From Azolla caroliniana (Eukaryota > Plantae > Polypodiophyta): a stretch of DNA of 64,000 bases. Of the stretch, positions 40,795 through 52,888 are shown piece by piece. Location of the stretch: the NCBI GenBank assembly GCA_043228905.1, contig JBHGNT010000002.1, positions 6,758,001 through 6,822,000 on the forward strand, given 5' to 3'. The notes beneath the pieces were generated by a model. That model saw only the letters and a program-made list of their open reading frames with translations. It had not been told where the DNA came from and searched no databases. Position 1 is the first letter of the stretch; each line of letters begins with the position of its first letter. The translations under genes were made by a program, and so were the position numbers.

Positions 40795-43401
40795 GAAACA
40801 TTAGAAAAGAAATAAAAGATGAAAATATTGTTAACACTACCCTTGAAGAAGAGAAAATGTGTCAGCCCCGACGCTTAAATGTACGTGTCATTGGGCTCAA
40901 GGAAGGTGCATCCCTCGACAAGGATGTACAAACAATTGGGAAAATGTTGGGGTACACAAAGGCCCTACCTATCACCAAAGCTTGGAGGGTTGGACATGAC
41001 ACAACTAGGGAGAGAGCCTTAGTCCTTCAATTTAAAGACTTGGAATCTAGAATCACATTCTTTAAGAAGAAACCAATTCTTCGAGGATTAGGTGGGGACC
41101 CTATCTATCTACATGAAGAACTCACTAAGATGCAAATTGGGCATCGGAAAACTTGTATGCCACGAGTTATGCAAGCTCGTAAAGAAGGGCATTACACCTT
41201 TTATCGAGACAAGCGAGTGATAATAAATGTTTGCACTACGAATTGACGGTGTGCGGCCCATGTGATAGAAAATACACTTAGGATGACCTTATAAGATTGT
41301 AACAACGCACTCTAGACACACCCCAGCCACCTAGAGAAGATATTAAAGGTTCTAGATATTCTTTTCTTGGTAGAAACACACCAAAGCCCAAATAGAGAAC
41401 TCCCACAGGTCGGAGGATTTCGTTGGGAGTCCGCATTTAGACAAACCTCACGTCGACACACTACTAGAGGATCTGGAGGTGTCGCAATATTGTTTCAGAG
41501 AGAGCTACATAATAGGATAGAAATACTAAGCACAAACCTAGAACCTCATTTTATGTGGGTGAAAGTCTTCACTAGCAAGGACCGGGCAGTATTTTTCGCC
41601 ATTTGTTACTTTCCCTCGAAAGGATCCCATTATAATATGGTTGGAGAGGTGAGATTAGTTGATGAAGGAGTGCCACATGGGCCTTCTCCATACGAACCTC
41701 TATCGGATGACATAATCTGATATTCTTCCCAAGGAGAAGTCTTTCTTGTAGGAGATTTCAATGCGAGAGCCCAATCCCGACAATGCACAATATTTCAAAT
41801 GGAGAGAAACCTAGAAAAGGTAAATGTCGATTCGTTAGACATAAGCACCACACATAGATCAAAAGTTCAAGGTGTGGACACCACAAGCTTTGGCCATCAT
41901 CTGCTTGAACTTGGCAGTCGGTTTCGAATGGTCATATATAATGGTTTAGCCAAGTGGCCAAGCTCGGAAGAGCTCACATGTTTCCCACATGGAGGAGGGC
42001 AAAGCATAGTTGATTATCTAATAGGACACCCTGAAGCTACCCACATTATTAACTCCTTCCGGGTGGCCCCATGTCCTATTGGTGTGGACTATAGTTTCTT
42101 ATAGTTTGAGCTAAAATGTGATATCTCCAACGTCACCAACTCTAGTCAGCCAATCCATCACACCACAATACATTTCACACATGAGCTCTCTGACATATAC
42201 TCTCATCATGTTCATGCCCAACTCTCCTCTCTTGATCCCTCCTTGCCTTTAGAAAGCCTTACTACGAAACTCACACACATCCTCCACTCCGCAGCAATTA
42301 GCATTTTTCCATATACGAAACACTACAATCAAGGTAGATTAGGATCTATGCCACAAAATAGATAGTATGATGAGGATTGTAGGGACTTTCATCGACAACT
42401 TACAATATCGCAACTATTACCTCAGTACAAGCTCGCAAAGAAATGCGCAAGATGACACGTCATAAGAGACGAGCTTGGGCAGCATCCCAATATTGGGAAC
42501 TCTACCATATGCTCATGAGTAGAGATTGTGCCATTGCATGGAAGAGACTACGGGAACCAAGACCACAAACACCCAACATAGGAAGTCCATGGACCACACA
42601 GGATTGCGAGCAGAACACATCATATATGCGTGAGATGTCTAGCTCCCTTTCTAACTCTAATATTCAATCGTGCCCTCGCTAAGGGTTTTCCACCAAGGTG
42701 GACTATGAACATAGTGGCCCCCATACATAAAGGAGGGAACCCCATGCACCCAAATACATATAGGACCATTATGATAGGTCATACACTCGTTAAATTAGAT
42801 GGTGCAATAATGGAAGCAGAGCTTAGTATGGAGACTTTAAATCTTCGCACACCTGAACAGGCTAGCTTTAGACGAGCTTTCTCTACTATTTATCATATAT
42901 TCACACTTAGATTCTTAGATGACCAAACAAAGGCTCGCAAGAAGAAATTATATTGTTGTTTTGTGGGGTTCCGCAAAGCCTTCGACACGGTCCCTAGAGA
43001 CCGGTTGTTTGATAGGCTTAAAAGCTTGAGGATACCAGATGACATGATTTGGGCCATCTATGATATATGAGCAAGTCTTCGGGTGTGTCCGATGCCCATG
43101 TGGCCTATCCAATTGCTTCACTAGCACTATTTGTGTAAAACAAGGTTGCCCCCTATCACCGACTCTTTTTGGGATCTACATTGATGAGATCACAGATTTT
43201 ATTGCTAATAAGGGAGGCAACAGATTAGTCCTTGGAGATATGCAGGTTCGTATCTTGCTCTATGCAGATGACATAGTTTTGCTCTCTAAATTCGAACACG
43301 ACCTACAAAGTGTTGGGATCGGAACTAGTTGTGGCCGGTTCTGATACCGCTTGGCACCTTAATGCCTTAGATGACTTTTGCACACAACGAGGATTGGTAA
43401 T
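40795..43401 (+). mobile_element. Degenerate LINE (ORF1 RRM/CTD-like part, APE endonuclease, RT); RTEX/CR1-L2-like rather than plant L1
   Basis: ORF1-like RRLNVRVIGLKE...KAWRVG...LVLQF...IYLHEELT. APE motifs LVETH, GSGGVAI, VGDFNAR, SIVDY. RT motifs EQASFR, FRKAFDTVPR, KQGCPLSPTLF, LLYADD. Multiple disruptions. Confidence 0.85.
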
Positions 43402-43768
43402 TGTTAAGAATTAGGTAAGTAATTAAGCAAGGGTTAATTAGTACCTAATTATGTGATTAAGTTAATAAGCGGAAGATTAAGTGATATGTGTGTGTATGTG
43501 TGTGAGAGGAAGAGAAAGAGGAAGATACACTTATGAATAACACAAGATGGGGGATGAGTAACTATATTAAATTAGCATTATCATCATCGAATACAAAAAT
43601 ACCATCAATGAGGTATATATAGATCTCATGTGCAAGGTGCACATTTGTGAGGAGAATATAGGTACAACCGTGTAAGTCCTATATTAAATGTACTTAGGAG
43701 TGGAGGATCTAGAATATCCCACTTAAGTACAAGGTCCTATTTAAGGCGTTATACTCAACACTTCTAAC
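43402..43768. repeat. Probable solo or partial LTR truncating the LINE
   Basis: Begins TGTTAAG where LINE RT homology stops and ends ...CAACACTTCTAAC. No matching TSD seen. Confidence 0.45.
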
Positions 43769-46700
43769 TAGATTCGAGCTGAAGGCGGTTCGAGCAGATA
43801 ACAGAGGAGAATACCAGGGGCAGTTTGAGGAGTATTGCCGCTCGAAGGGAATCTGGCTGCGGAATAATCTTCGGCCACAACCGAGACTTAGAACACTTCA
43901 ATGATAATCAAACACAGAAAGATAACAAAATGGAAGTACACAGACAAAAGAGAATGCACAGGATGTTAACGTGGAAAACCCTAAACGGGAAAAACGACGG
44001 GAGTCCCCAAACTCCAATTCTCACTATGGAAGGAGAATACAGTAGGGGAACACAGAGGCAATGACCTCGTGTCCACAATCTTCGCCTGGCGGCGGTTACA
44101 ACAGAGACTCACTCTGTCTTTCTGTCTCTCTTTCTCTCTTTCCTCTGCTACGCTCTATACAATAGTAACACTGAATAACTCTATACAACATCAACAACCC
44201 ACACTGTTTGCCCTAGTTCATATTTATACTAATATGACTTTTGGGCTATTTACAAATATAGCCCCAGTGGACTCTCTGGAACATATTTACATATATGTCC
44301 CTTCATCCGGTGAGAGGTTCTCACTGGGCCTGCAACATCCAGTTCTCACCGGGCCTTCATCATCCGGTTCTCACCGGGTCTTCCTTGTTGGGTACTCATA
44401 TCCCATCCGGAGAGACCGAAATCCTAACAAACTCCCCCTTCACTCCGGCATGGGATGTTTGGTTAGTCCAATTCGTTTCCGGCATGCGTCCAACTTGTCA
44501 GGTGTCATCACCTTGGTTATCATATCCGACCTGTTCTCCTCTGTGTGGATCTTCATTAGCACAAACTCTCGATCTTCCACTCGCTCCTAGATCTAGTGGT
44601 ACCTCCGTTGGATGTGCTTCGTCCTGGAATGATACGTTGCGTTCTTCGCAAGGTGGATGGCACTTTGACTGTCACAATAGAGCCGATATTCCTCTTGCCG
44701 GATCCCTCAAACTTCTTCACAAACACGTTGTCGAGGTATCCCTCACGGATGCGTGGAATGAGGCGGGACCTCGGGGGTCTTGTACCAAAGAGCAAGAGAG
44801 AAAAGGAGAGGGGAAGAGACCCACAAGGTGCGAGCGTAGATTCACAGGGACACGACCCTTCGACACAGAAACGCGAGTGCGACAGCGACACAGAGAGACA
44901 CGAATGTATGTAGAAATATATATAAACAAGACAGACAACAAGCACGAAGTCGGTTACAACCGAACAGGCCGGCGAACAGATGCCGATACCTGTTTGTAAA
45001 CTCACAGAAAGGAAGGAGTAGGTTGGAGGTGCTGCCGGAAGCACTCCGGCATTCCTCAGAGCAGCGCGAGCCTCCCGAAACCTGCACAGATCGAAGCTAT
45101 GGAGTCTGCGAACCAGAGAGAGAGAGAGAGAAGCCTTCCCACGCAAACCGACAACACTTCGTCCTCGACTCTCCGCGATGCCTCTACCCTCCTCGTCTCC
45201 GTCCTTTTATAGGCAAGGAAGGAGCCGTTTCCCCTTTACTCCCTACCTACCGAATCTACCTAGGATCTCCTATGTACAACTTAAGGCGCACGTGCATGAA
45301 GAGTCGGTTTCTACGCTCCGGTGCACGGATTCCGCTCGTGGACGGTTTTCTTCACGACATCCGCCCCCACCTAACCGCGCATCCACCGGCATGCGCCAAA
45401 TTGTGTTGGGACGGAGAAAACCGGTCCAACCTTCATTCCCCGCCCGTCGGTTCTTCCTCGGTTTCGGATCGTTCGTCGTCCCGGTCCAGGTTAACCGGAT
45501 TCGGCTCGTCGTTGTGTTGCTTCTTGAACGCTTTAACCCGTTTCCCAGCTACCGGTATCGCCACTCTCGTGCCGTCGAGTTCCGCTAGATGGTACGTCCT
45601 GTTGTCGTTGGCGCTTTGTACCACGTAAGGCCCGAACCACTTTCTTGCGAACTTCCGCGTCGCTCGGTGCTGGTTGTCGAGGCTGTTGTCGTAGACTAGC
45701 ACCCAGTCGCCTTCCTCGATCTTCTTCGGTCGGAGCCGGTGTGTTCGGTCGAACCGGGCTTTGTTCCTCATCCTTGCTTCCCGAAGCTTTTCCGCAGCCT
45801 GCTCCACGTCCTCCGGTCTTCGCTCGAGCTGTCGTATACGCGCCGCCAGCAGTTCCTCCCGGCTCATCTCGTCTCTCCAATCCACGGTTGCCCACGAGGA
45901 GATCGTACGTTCCATCGGCATGACCGGCTTCTGCCCAAACATGAGCTCTGCCGGCATGAACCCGGTTACCGAACTGTGCGTAGTTCGGTTAGCCCACAAC
46001 GCGTAAGGCAGCAGCCGCGGCCAGTTCCCGACTTGACCTCCGCATGCCCGAACTAACGCCTTGACGATCGGTCCATGTCCGCGCTCCACCTTTCCATTCG
46101 CCTCCGGATTGTACGCAGTGGTAAGCGAGAGCTTGACTCCCAGCCGGTCGAACAGCTCCTCGGCCTCTTCGGCGTCCAACTCCCCGCGATCAGCCACGAT
46201 CTTCCCGACGCACCCGGACCGGCATATCACGTCCTCAATCAGGAACCGACATACGGCCGCGGTCGTTTTGTTCTGAAGGGCTCGGCCTTCTACCTGGTTC
46301 GTCAGATCTTCCCGAGCCAGGACCAGATACCGCATCTGTCCTACTCCCATCGGCATCGTCACGAGGTCTATCATCCATTTGAAGTGGATGGTCGGAGGGT
46401 ACGTAGGGTGAAGCTCGTCCCGATGTCGGACTACGGAGTGCATCTGACAGCTCTCGCAAGTTGTCACGAACCGATGCACGTCCCGATACAACCCCGGCCA
46501 CCAGTACTTCCCCTTTATCTTCTCGAACGTGGCCCACGTTCCACGGTGTCCAGCCCAAGGGCTGTTGTGGTAGGCCATTAGCAGCTCCTCCTGTTCTTCC
46601 TTCATCGCCACCACCCGGAGCGGGACGCCGTTCCTCTTCTTCGGGTGCTTCCATAAGTATCCGTCCCGAAGAAAGAATCGGTATGCTTTCTTCCAGATCC

Positions 46701-47445
46701 GGTTGGCCTCGTACTTCGTCCATGACGCATTCGGCGTCATTGTCCTCAAAAATCCACCGATCTGTAGCCACTCGCCGTCGTACTTGCTCTCGTCGAAGCC
46801 GTTAAGTGCCGGAGTGCTCGCCCCATCGGTCGTCACATACGCCGCCTCGAAGAAGTCCACGCCGACTTCTTCGTCCTCCGAAACCATGCCGCCCTTGTCA
46901 TCAAACCTCGCCCTCGAAAGCATGTCGGCCATGGCGTTGTCTTTTCTGGAAATGTGTCGTATTTCCGGGTCCAGGGACTTGATGTACGCTATCCACCTGA
47001 GCATCGCCAGGTCCGGTGTCGCGCATCCGGAAACCATGCCGAGAATTGGCAGGCAATCCGTCTCGATAATCACTTCTGTCCCGATCAGGTAGTCTCTCTT
47101 GGCCTTTACCGCCGAAACGATACCCCAGAGTTCGCGTTTAACCTGGGCGTACCCTCGCTGTCGCTCACTGAGGACCTTCGCGCCGAATCGGATCGGGAAC
47201 CGAATGCCGTCCTCATCTTCTTGGTTGACGACCCATCCGATCCCGGTTGGACTCGTATCCACCGTTATGTATATCGGGGTACCCTTCTCGTAGATAGCCT
47301 TCCGGAGCGCTGGTGCTGCCGCAAGAGCTTCCTTCAGCTTCCGGACCGACTCCGTGTGCTCGTCTCGCCATTCGAATCTTCGTCCTTTCTTCAGCAGCCC
47401 GTATAGCGGCTCCGCAACGTGGGCGTAATGCGGGATCCATATGTG

Positions 47446-47709
47446 TGTTGCACACGGTGCTCGGCCACAACCGAGGAATAGGATCAACTTACAGAAAATA
47501 GGAAATACAAAGTACGCGAAGACAACAGAGAGAAGAGTACACAGGATATTTTGCGTGGAAAACCCTGAATGGGAAAAAACCACGGGAGTCCTCAAACTCC
47601 AACTATCACTATGAGCAGAGAGGTACAATGGTGAAGCTTCAAGGCAACAACCTTGAACTCACTGTCTTCGCCACAGGCGGCGGTAATGCACAGAGGCAAC
47701 AACCTCCTC

Positions 47710-47766
<57 letters not shown>

Positions 47767-50700
47767 CTGCTCTCTTCACTCTCTCTAAGTGAAAACAGGA
47801 AAAATGAGCAACAACATAAACTGTTTGCCCTAAGTCATATTTATACACATATGACTTTCGGGCTATTTACAGATATAGCCTCAAGGGCCCTTGGCAAACA
47901 TATTCACAAATATGTCCCCGCATCCGGATCTCTCTCCGGGTACATTCATCATCCGGCTCCGTAGCCGGGTCTTCGTCATCCGGCTCCGTAGCCAGGGTCT
48001 TCATCATCCGGCTCCGTAGCCGGGGTCTTCTCTTCATCTTCCGGTTCCGTAACCGCAACCAGGCTTGCCGTCATTCATCTCCGGACATCCCATCCGGAGG
48101 GACCGAAAATCCCAACAAACTCCCCCTTCACTTCGGCATGGGATGTCTCTCCAATCCGATCCTCTTCCGGCATGCTTCCAGTTTGTCGGGTGTGAGCACC
48201 TTGGTCAGCATATCCGACCCGTTCTCGTCCGTGTGGATCTTCGTCAGCACGAACTCCTTGTCTTCTATCCTTTCCCGGATCCAGTGATATCTTCGCTGGA
48301 TGTGCTTCGTCCGGGAATGGTAGGCAGCGTTCTTCGCAAGGTGGATGGCACTCTGACTGTCGCAGTAGAGTCGGTACTCCTCTTGCCGGATACCAAGCTC
48401 TCTAATGAAGTCCTTCATCCATATTATTTCCTTGCCGGCTTCAACAGCCGCCATGTACTCCGCCTCCATGGTTGACAACGCAACCGTCTTCTGCAGCCTC
48501 GACTGCCACGAAACAGCTCCCCCTGCATACGTCATCACATACCCTGATGTGGACCGGCTGATATCTGCATCAGCCGACATATCCGAGTCGGTGAAGCCGT
48601 CGAGTTCGGGCTTACCGGAGCCGAATCGGAGGCACACGTTTGCCGTGCCCTTCAGGTATCGGAGTATCCACTTGACCGCGTTCCAATGCTCTTTGCCGGG
48701 ATTGCTCATGTACCGGCTCACCACTCCGACTGCATATCCGATGTCCGGTCTCGTACACACCATGGCGTACATCAAGCTCCCGACGGCTGAGGCATACGAC
48801 ACTTTCATCATATCCTCCTTTTCAGCCTTTGTCTTGGGACTTTGCTTGTTGGTCAGCTTGCAGTTTGCCGGGAGGGTCGATCCGACCGGTCTTGCTTCCG
48901 ACATGTTGAACCGGTGAAGCACCTTCGTCACGTACTTCTCCTGTGACAGCCACAACTGCTTCTTCTTCCGGTCCCGGATGATGTGCATCCCTAGTATTTG
49001 CCTCGCCGGACCCAAGTCCTTCATTGAGAAGGTTCGGTGAAGAGCCTTCTTCAGCATCCGTATCTTGACCTGGTCCCGTCCGACGATCAACATGTCGTCC
49101 ACGTACAGGAGGAGTATTAGAAAGTCTCCTCCCTCGAACTTCTTCACAAACACGCAATGATCGGACTGCGTTTTGTGGTACCCTTCGTTGGTCATGAAGG
49201 AGTCGAACTTCCGGTACCATTGCCGGGGAGCCTGCTTCAGTCCGTAAAGGCTCTTCTTCAACTGGCATACCAGGTGCTCCTTCCCTTTCTTCTCGAATCC
49301 TTCCGGTTGCTGCATGTAGATCTCTTCTTCGAGGTCACCGTGAAGGAATGCCGTCTTCACGTCCATCTGTTCTACCTCGAGGTCCATGCTTGCCGCTATG
49401 CTCAGCACCGTCCGGATGGAGGTCATCTTCACTACCGGGGCAAATATCTCGTCGAAGTCGATGCCCTTCTTCTGCTGAAACCCCTTCACCACGATCCTGG
49501 CTTTGTATCTCGGGGGGTTTCCGGCATCTCCCGGTTTCAGCTTGAACACCCACTTGTTTCGAAGTGCCCGCTTTCCTTTCGGCAACTCCACAAGTTCATA
49601 TGTGTGGTTCTCATGCAGGGAATCCATCTCCTCCTGCATGGCACTTAGCCACCTGCGGCTATGGGTGTCAAGCTTTGCTTCTTCAAAACTCTCCGGCTCC
49701 CCCTTGTCGGTTAGCAGCACGTGCTCTGGTTCCGGAAATCTCCGGGGGGCCCTTCTCTCTCTTAGAGGGTATCTCCGTTCCGGAGCTTCGGTAACCGGCT
49801 GCTCCGTTTCCTCTTCATCCGAGTCCATTTCGGGATCGGGGCCGGTTCCGGTATCAGTTTCATCTTCTTCGGCCGGTTCTGTTTCTTCACCGTCTTCGGC
49901 CGGATCCTCGAGTGCTAACCGGTCTCTTGCCGGTCGGGACTGCTCCTTGTAGAGTTGATCCTCACCGGTCGACTTGGAGCTCTTCATCTTCTTCTCCGAC
50001 TCCCAGTCGGCGAGTGTCTTGTCCTCCATGAAGATGATATCTCGACTCCTGAATATCTTCTTGTCGACCGGGTCCCATACTCGGTAGCCGAACTCGTCGT
50101 CGCCGTAACCGAGAAATATGCGTGGCCGGGTCTTTGGATCTAACTTTCCTCTCCGGTCCTTTGCCACATGCACGTATGCGAGACACCCGAACACCTTCAG
50201 GTGCCGGTAGGACACTTCCTTACCGGTCCACACTTTCTGCGGCGTGTCTCCGTCCAAAGGTACTGAGGGTGATCTATTTATCACATATGTCGCCGTCGAC
50301 ATTGCCTCAGCCCAAAACCCCTTGGGTAATTTCGCATGCGCCAGCATACTCCGGACCCTCTCCATTATGGTCCGGTTCATCCTCTCGGCCAGCCCGTTCA
50401 GTTCCGGCGTCTTCGGCACAGTAAACTCGAGCCGGATTCCCTTTGAGCGACAGTACTCCTCGAACTGCCCCCGGTATTCCCCTCCGTTGTCCGCTCGTAT
50501 CGCTTTCAGCTTCTTGCCGGATTCCCTTTCCACTCTCGCGTGAAGTTCTTTGAAGACGGACAATACTCGGTCCTTTGTCTTCAACGGTGCCGTCCACAGC
50601 TTCCGGCTATGGTCATCTATGAATGTTACGAAGTACTGGGCTCCGCCATGTGACTTCGTTTCTACCTGACACACATCAGTGTGTACCAACTCCAATGGTA

Positions 50701-52496
50701 CACAACGTCTCATCGGTGGTCTTGAGCGGAAAGAGGTCCGGTTTTGCTTACCGGCCAGACAGTCGGTACACTTCTCCAGGTGCACATGCTTCACTGATAT
50801 CAGGTTGTCTTCGGCAAGCCTCTTCATCCCCTTCTCGCTCATGTGGCACAGTCTCTTGTGCCACAGTTCACCGGCAGTGTCAGCTGCCACGTTCAGCTCC
50901 TCCGGACAGAGCCGGGAATTCATCAGGTACAATGTGTTGACCTTCCGGGCCCGAGCCACTATCAGGCTCCCTTTGCTGAACTTCATGACACCGTTCCGGA
51001 TGCTACCCGTGTAGCCTTCATCGTCTAGCCTCCCGGCCGAAATCAGGTTCAATCGAACCTCCGGAACGTGTCGAACATCCTTCAGCAGCATCTTGCATCC
51101 GGTTGATGTCATCAGCCACACGTCTCCTATGCCGGCAATCCGGCATGTACCTTCATTTCCCATCCGAACACAGCCGTGCTCACCGGCTGTGTAGGATGAG
51201 AAGTATTTCTTCTCCGGGGTCAGGTGGAACGACGCTCCGGAATCGACCACCCAGGTCATCTCTTCACCGGCAAGGTTCAGCTCCCTCTCTTCGGTAATGA
51301 GCATTATCTCTTCTTCACTTGCCGCGAGTGCCGTCGTTCCTTTCCGGTCCTGCCCTCGCCAATCCGGACCTCTCCGGTCCGTGGCTCCCCGGTATGCACC
51401 GTTTCGCTCCGGTGACTTCTTCGAATCGGTGTCGTCGGCTCCGTTGTCTTTTCGGTAATGCCGACAATTCTTCCGGAAGTGCCCCGGCTTCCCACAGTGG
51501 AAGCATGTGGGCCTTCCTCTTGACTGCGACCGGGTCCCCGACTTCTCCCGTCTTTGTGGACTCCGGTTCCGATGTCTTCCCCGTTCCGATTCGGTAAGCA
51601 GCGCCTTCGAGTCGGAGGCCGGTTCTTTATCTCTCCGACGCGCTTCTTCGTTCAAAATGCTTGTCTTTACCGTTTGTAGAGACAAGTTATCTTCGGTGCA
51701 GGAGGTGCTGAGAGTCACCACCAAGTTCTCCCAGCTTTCCGGTAATGTACACATCAGAATGATGGCTTGCATTGCATCCTCCAACGGGAACTTGATCGCC
51801 GCAAGCTGGTTCACGAATCCCATGAACGTGCTCACGTGTTCCACCATATTCTCGCCGTCCCGGTACTTGAGGTTCACTATCTTCCTCATCAGGGAGGTCC
51901 GGTTCAACGCATTCTTCCTCTCGTAGAGGCCCGACAGCTTCTTCCACATCTCATATGCGTTGGTGTCGTTCGCCACATGTTGCAGAACACTTACATCTAC
52001 ATATTGCCGGATCGTCGCTACGGCTTTCCGGTTCAGGAGCTTCCACTCCGACTCTATTACCCCCTTGGGTATCTCGGCATTGTCGATCGGTTCGTACAGG
52101 TCTCGGACAATGAGAAGGTCTTCCATCTTTATCTTCCAGTCGGCGTAGTTCTGTGAGTTCAACACCATCATGCCCGGAGGCCCACTACCGCCGCCTTCCA
52201 TTTTCTGTGTGAACCTCGCTCTGATACCACTTTGTTGCACACGGTGCTCGGCCACAACCGAGGAATAGGATCAACTTACAGAAAATAGGAAATACAAAGT
52301 ACGCGAAGACAACAGAGAGAAGAGTACACAGGATATTTTGCGTGGAAAACCCTGAATGGGAAAAAACCACGGGAGTCCTCAAACTCCAACTATCACTATG
52401 AGCAGAGAGGTACAATGGTGAAGCTTCAAGGCAACAACCTTGAGCTCACTGTCTTCGCCACAGGCGGCGGTAATGCACAGAGGCAACAACCTCCTC

Positions 52497-52537
<41 letters not shown>

Positions 52538-52888
52538 GTGCTCTCTTCACTCTCTCTAAGTGAAAACAGGAAAAATGAGCAACAACATAAACTGTTTGCC
52601 CTAAGTCATATTTATACACATATGACTTTCGGGCTATTTACAGATATAGCCTCAAGGGCCCTTGGCAAACATATTCACAAATATGTCCCCGCATCCGGAT
52701 CTCTCTCCGGGTACATTCATCATCCGGCTCCGTAGCCGGGTCTTCGTCATCCGGCTCCGTAGCCAGGGTCTTCATCATCCGGCTCCGTAGCCGGGGTCTT
52801 CTCTTCATCTTCCGGTTCCGTAACCGCAACCAGGCTTGCCGTCATTCATCTCCGGACATCCCATCCGGAGGGACCGAAAATCCCAACA
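47446..52888 (-). mobile_element. Full-length intact Ty1/copia (Tnt1/Tork-like), very recent
   Basis: LTRs 47446-48117 and 52233-52888 differ by about 2 substitutions plus (CT)n length. TSD ATGTG at 47441-47445 and 52889-52893. PBS TGGTATCAGAGC at 52218-52229. PPT TGAAGGGGGAG. Confidence 0.97.
48128..52201 (-). CDS. gag-pol: Copia Gag-Pol polyprotein, 1357 aa from the ATG at 52201
   Basis: Motifs: CFHCGKPGHFRKNC; WVVDSGAS; GAG-pre-integrase WHKRLCH; integrase HTD/ADNGGEY/ERMN; RT MDVKTAFL, YVDD; RNase H TDSD..EAEY..CDSQSA. No stops. Confidence 0.96.
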   Translation of the reverse strand: MEGGGSGPPGMMVLNSQNYADWKIKMEDLLIVRDLYEPIDNAEIPKGVIESEWKLLNRKAVATIRQYVDVSVLQHVANDTNAYEMWKKLSGLYERKNALNRTSLMRKIVNLKYRDGENMVEHVSTFMGFVNQLAAIKFPLEDAMQAIILMCTLPESWENLVVTLSTSCTEDNLSLQTVKTSILNEEARRRDKEPASDSKALLTESERGRHRNRSPQRREKSGTRSQSRGRPTCFHCGKPGHFRKNCRHYRKDNGADDTDSKKSPERNGAYRGATDRRGPDWRGQDRKGTTALAASEEEIMLITEERELNLAGEEMTWVVDSGASFHLTPEKKYFSSYTAGEHGCVRMGNEGTCRIAGIGDVWLMTSTGCKMLLKDVRHVPEVRLNLISAGRLDDEGYTGSIRNGVMKFSKGSLIVARARKVNTLYLMNSRLCPEELNVAADTAGELWHKRLCHMSEKGMKRLAEDNLISVKHVHLEKCTDCLAGKQNRTSFRSRPPMRRCVPLELVHTDVCQVETKSHGGAQYFVTFIDDHSRKLWTAPLKTKDRVLSVFKELHARVERESGKKLKAIRADNGGEYRGQFEEYCRSKGIRLEFTVPKTPELNGLAERMNRTIMERVRSMLAHAKLPKGFWAEAMSTATYVINRSPSVPLDGDTPQKVWTGKEVSYRHLKVFGCLAYVHVAKDRRGKLDPKTRPRIFLGYGDDEFGYRVWDPVDKKIFRSRDIIFMEDKTLADWESEKKMKSSKSTGEDQLYKEQSRPARDRLALEDPAEDGEETEPAEEDETDTGTGPDPEMDSDEEETEQPVTEAPERRYPLRERRAPRRFPEPEHVLLTDKGEPESFEEAKLDTHSRRWLSAMQEEMDSLHENHTYELVELPKGKRALRNKWVFKLKPGDAGNPPRYKARIVVKGFQQKKGIDFDEIFAPVVKMTSIRTVLSIAASMDLEVEQMDVKTAFLHGDLEEEIYMQQPEGFEKKGKEHLVCQLKKSLYGLKQAPRQWYRKFDSFMTNEGYHKTQSDHCVFVKKFEGGDFLILLLYVDDMLIVGRDQVKIRMLKKALHRTFSMKDLGPARQILGMHIIRDRKKKQLWLSQEKYVTKVLHRFNMSEARPVGSTLPANCKLTNKQSPKTKAEKEDMMKVSYASAVGSLMYAMVCTRPDIGYAVGVVSRYMSNPGKEHWNAVKWILRYLKGTANVCLRFGSGKPELDGFTDSDMSADADISRSTSGYVMTYAGGAVSWQSRLQKTVALSTMEAEYMAAVEAGKEIIWMKDFIRELGIRQEEYRLYCDSQSAIHLAKNAAYHSRTKHIQRRYHWIRERIEDKEFVLTKIHTDENGSDMLTKVLTPDKLEACRKRIGLERHPMPK

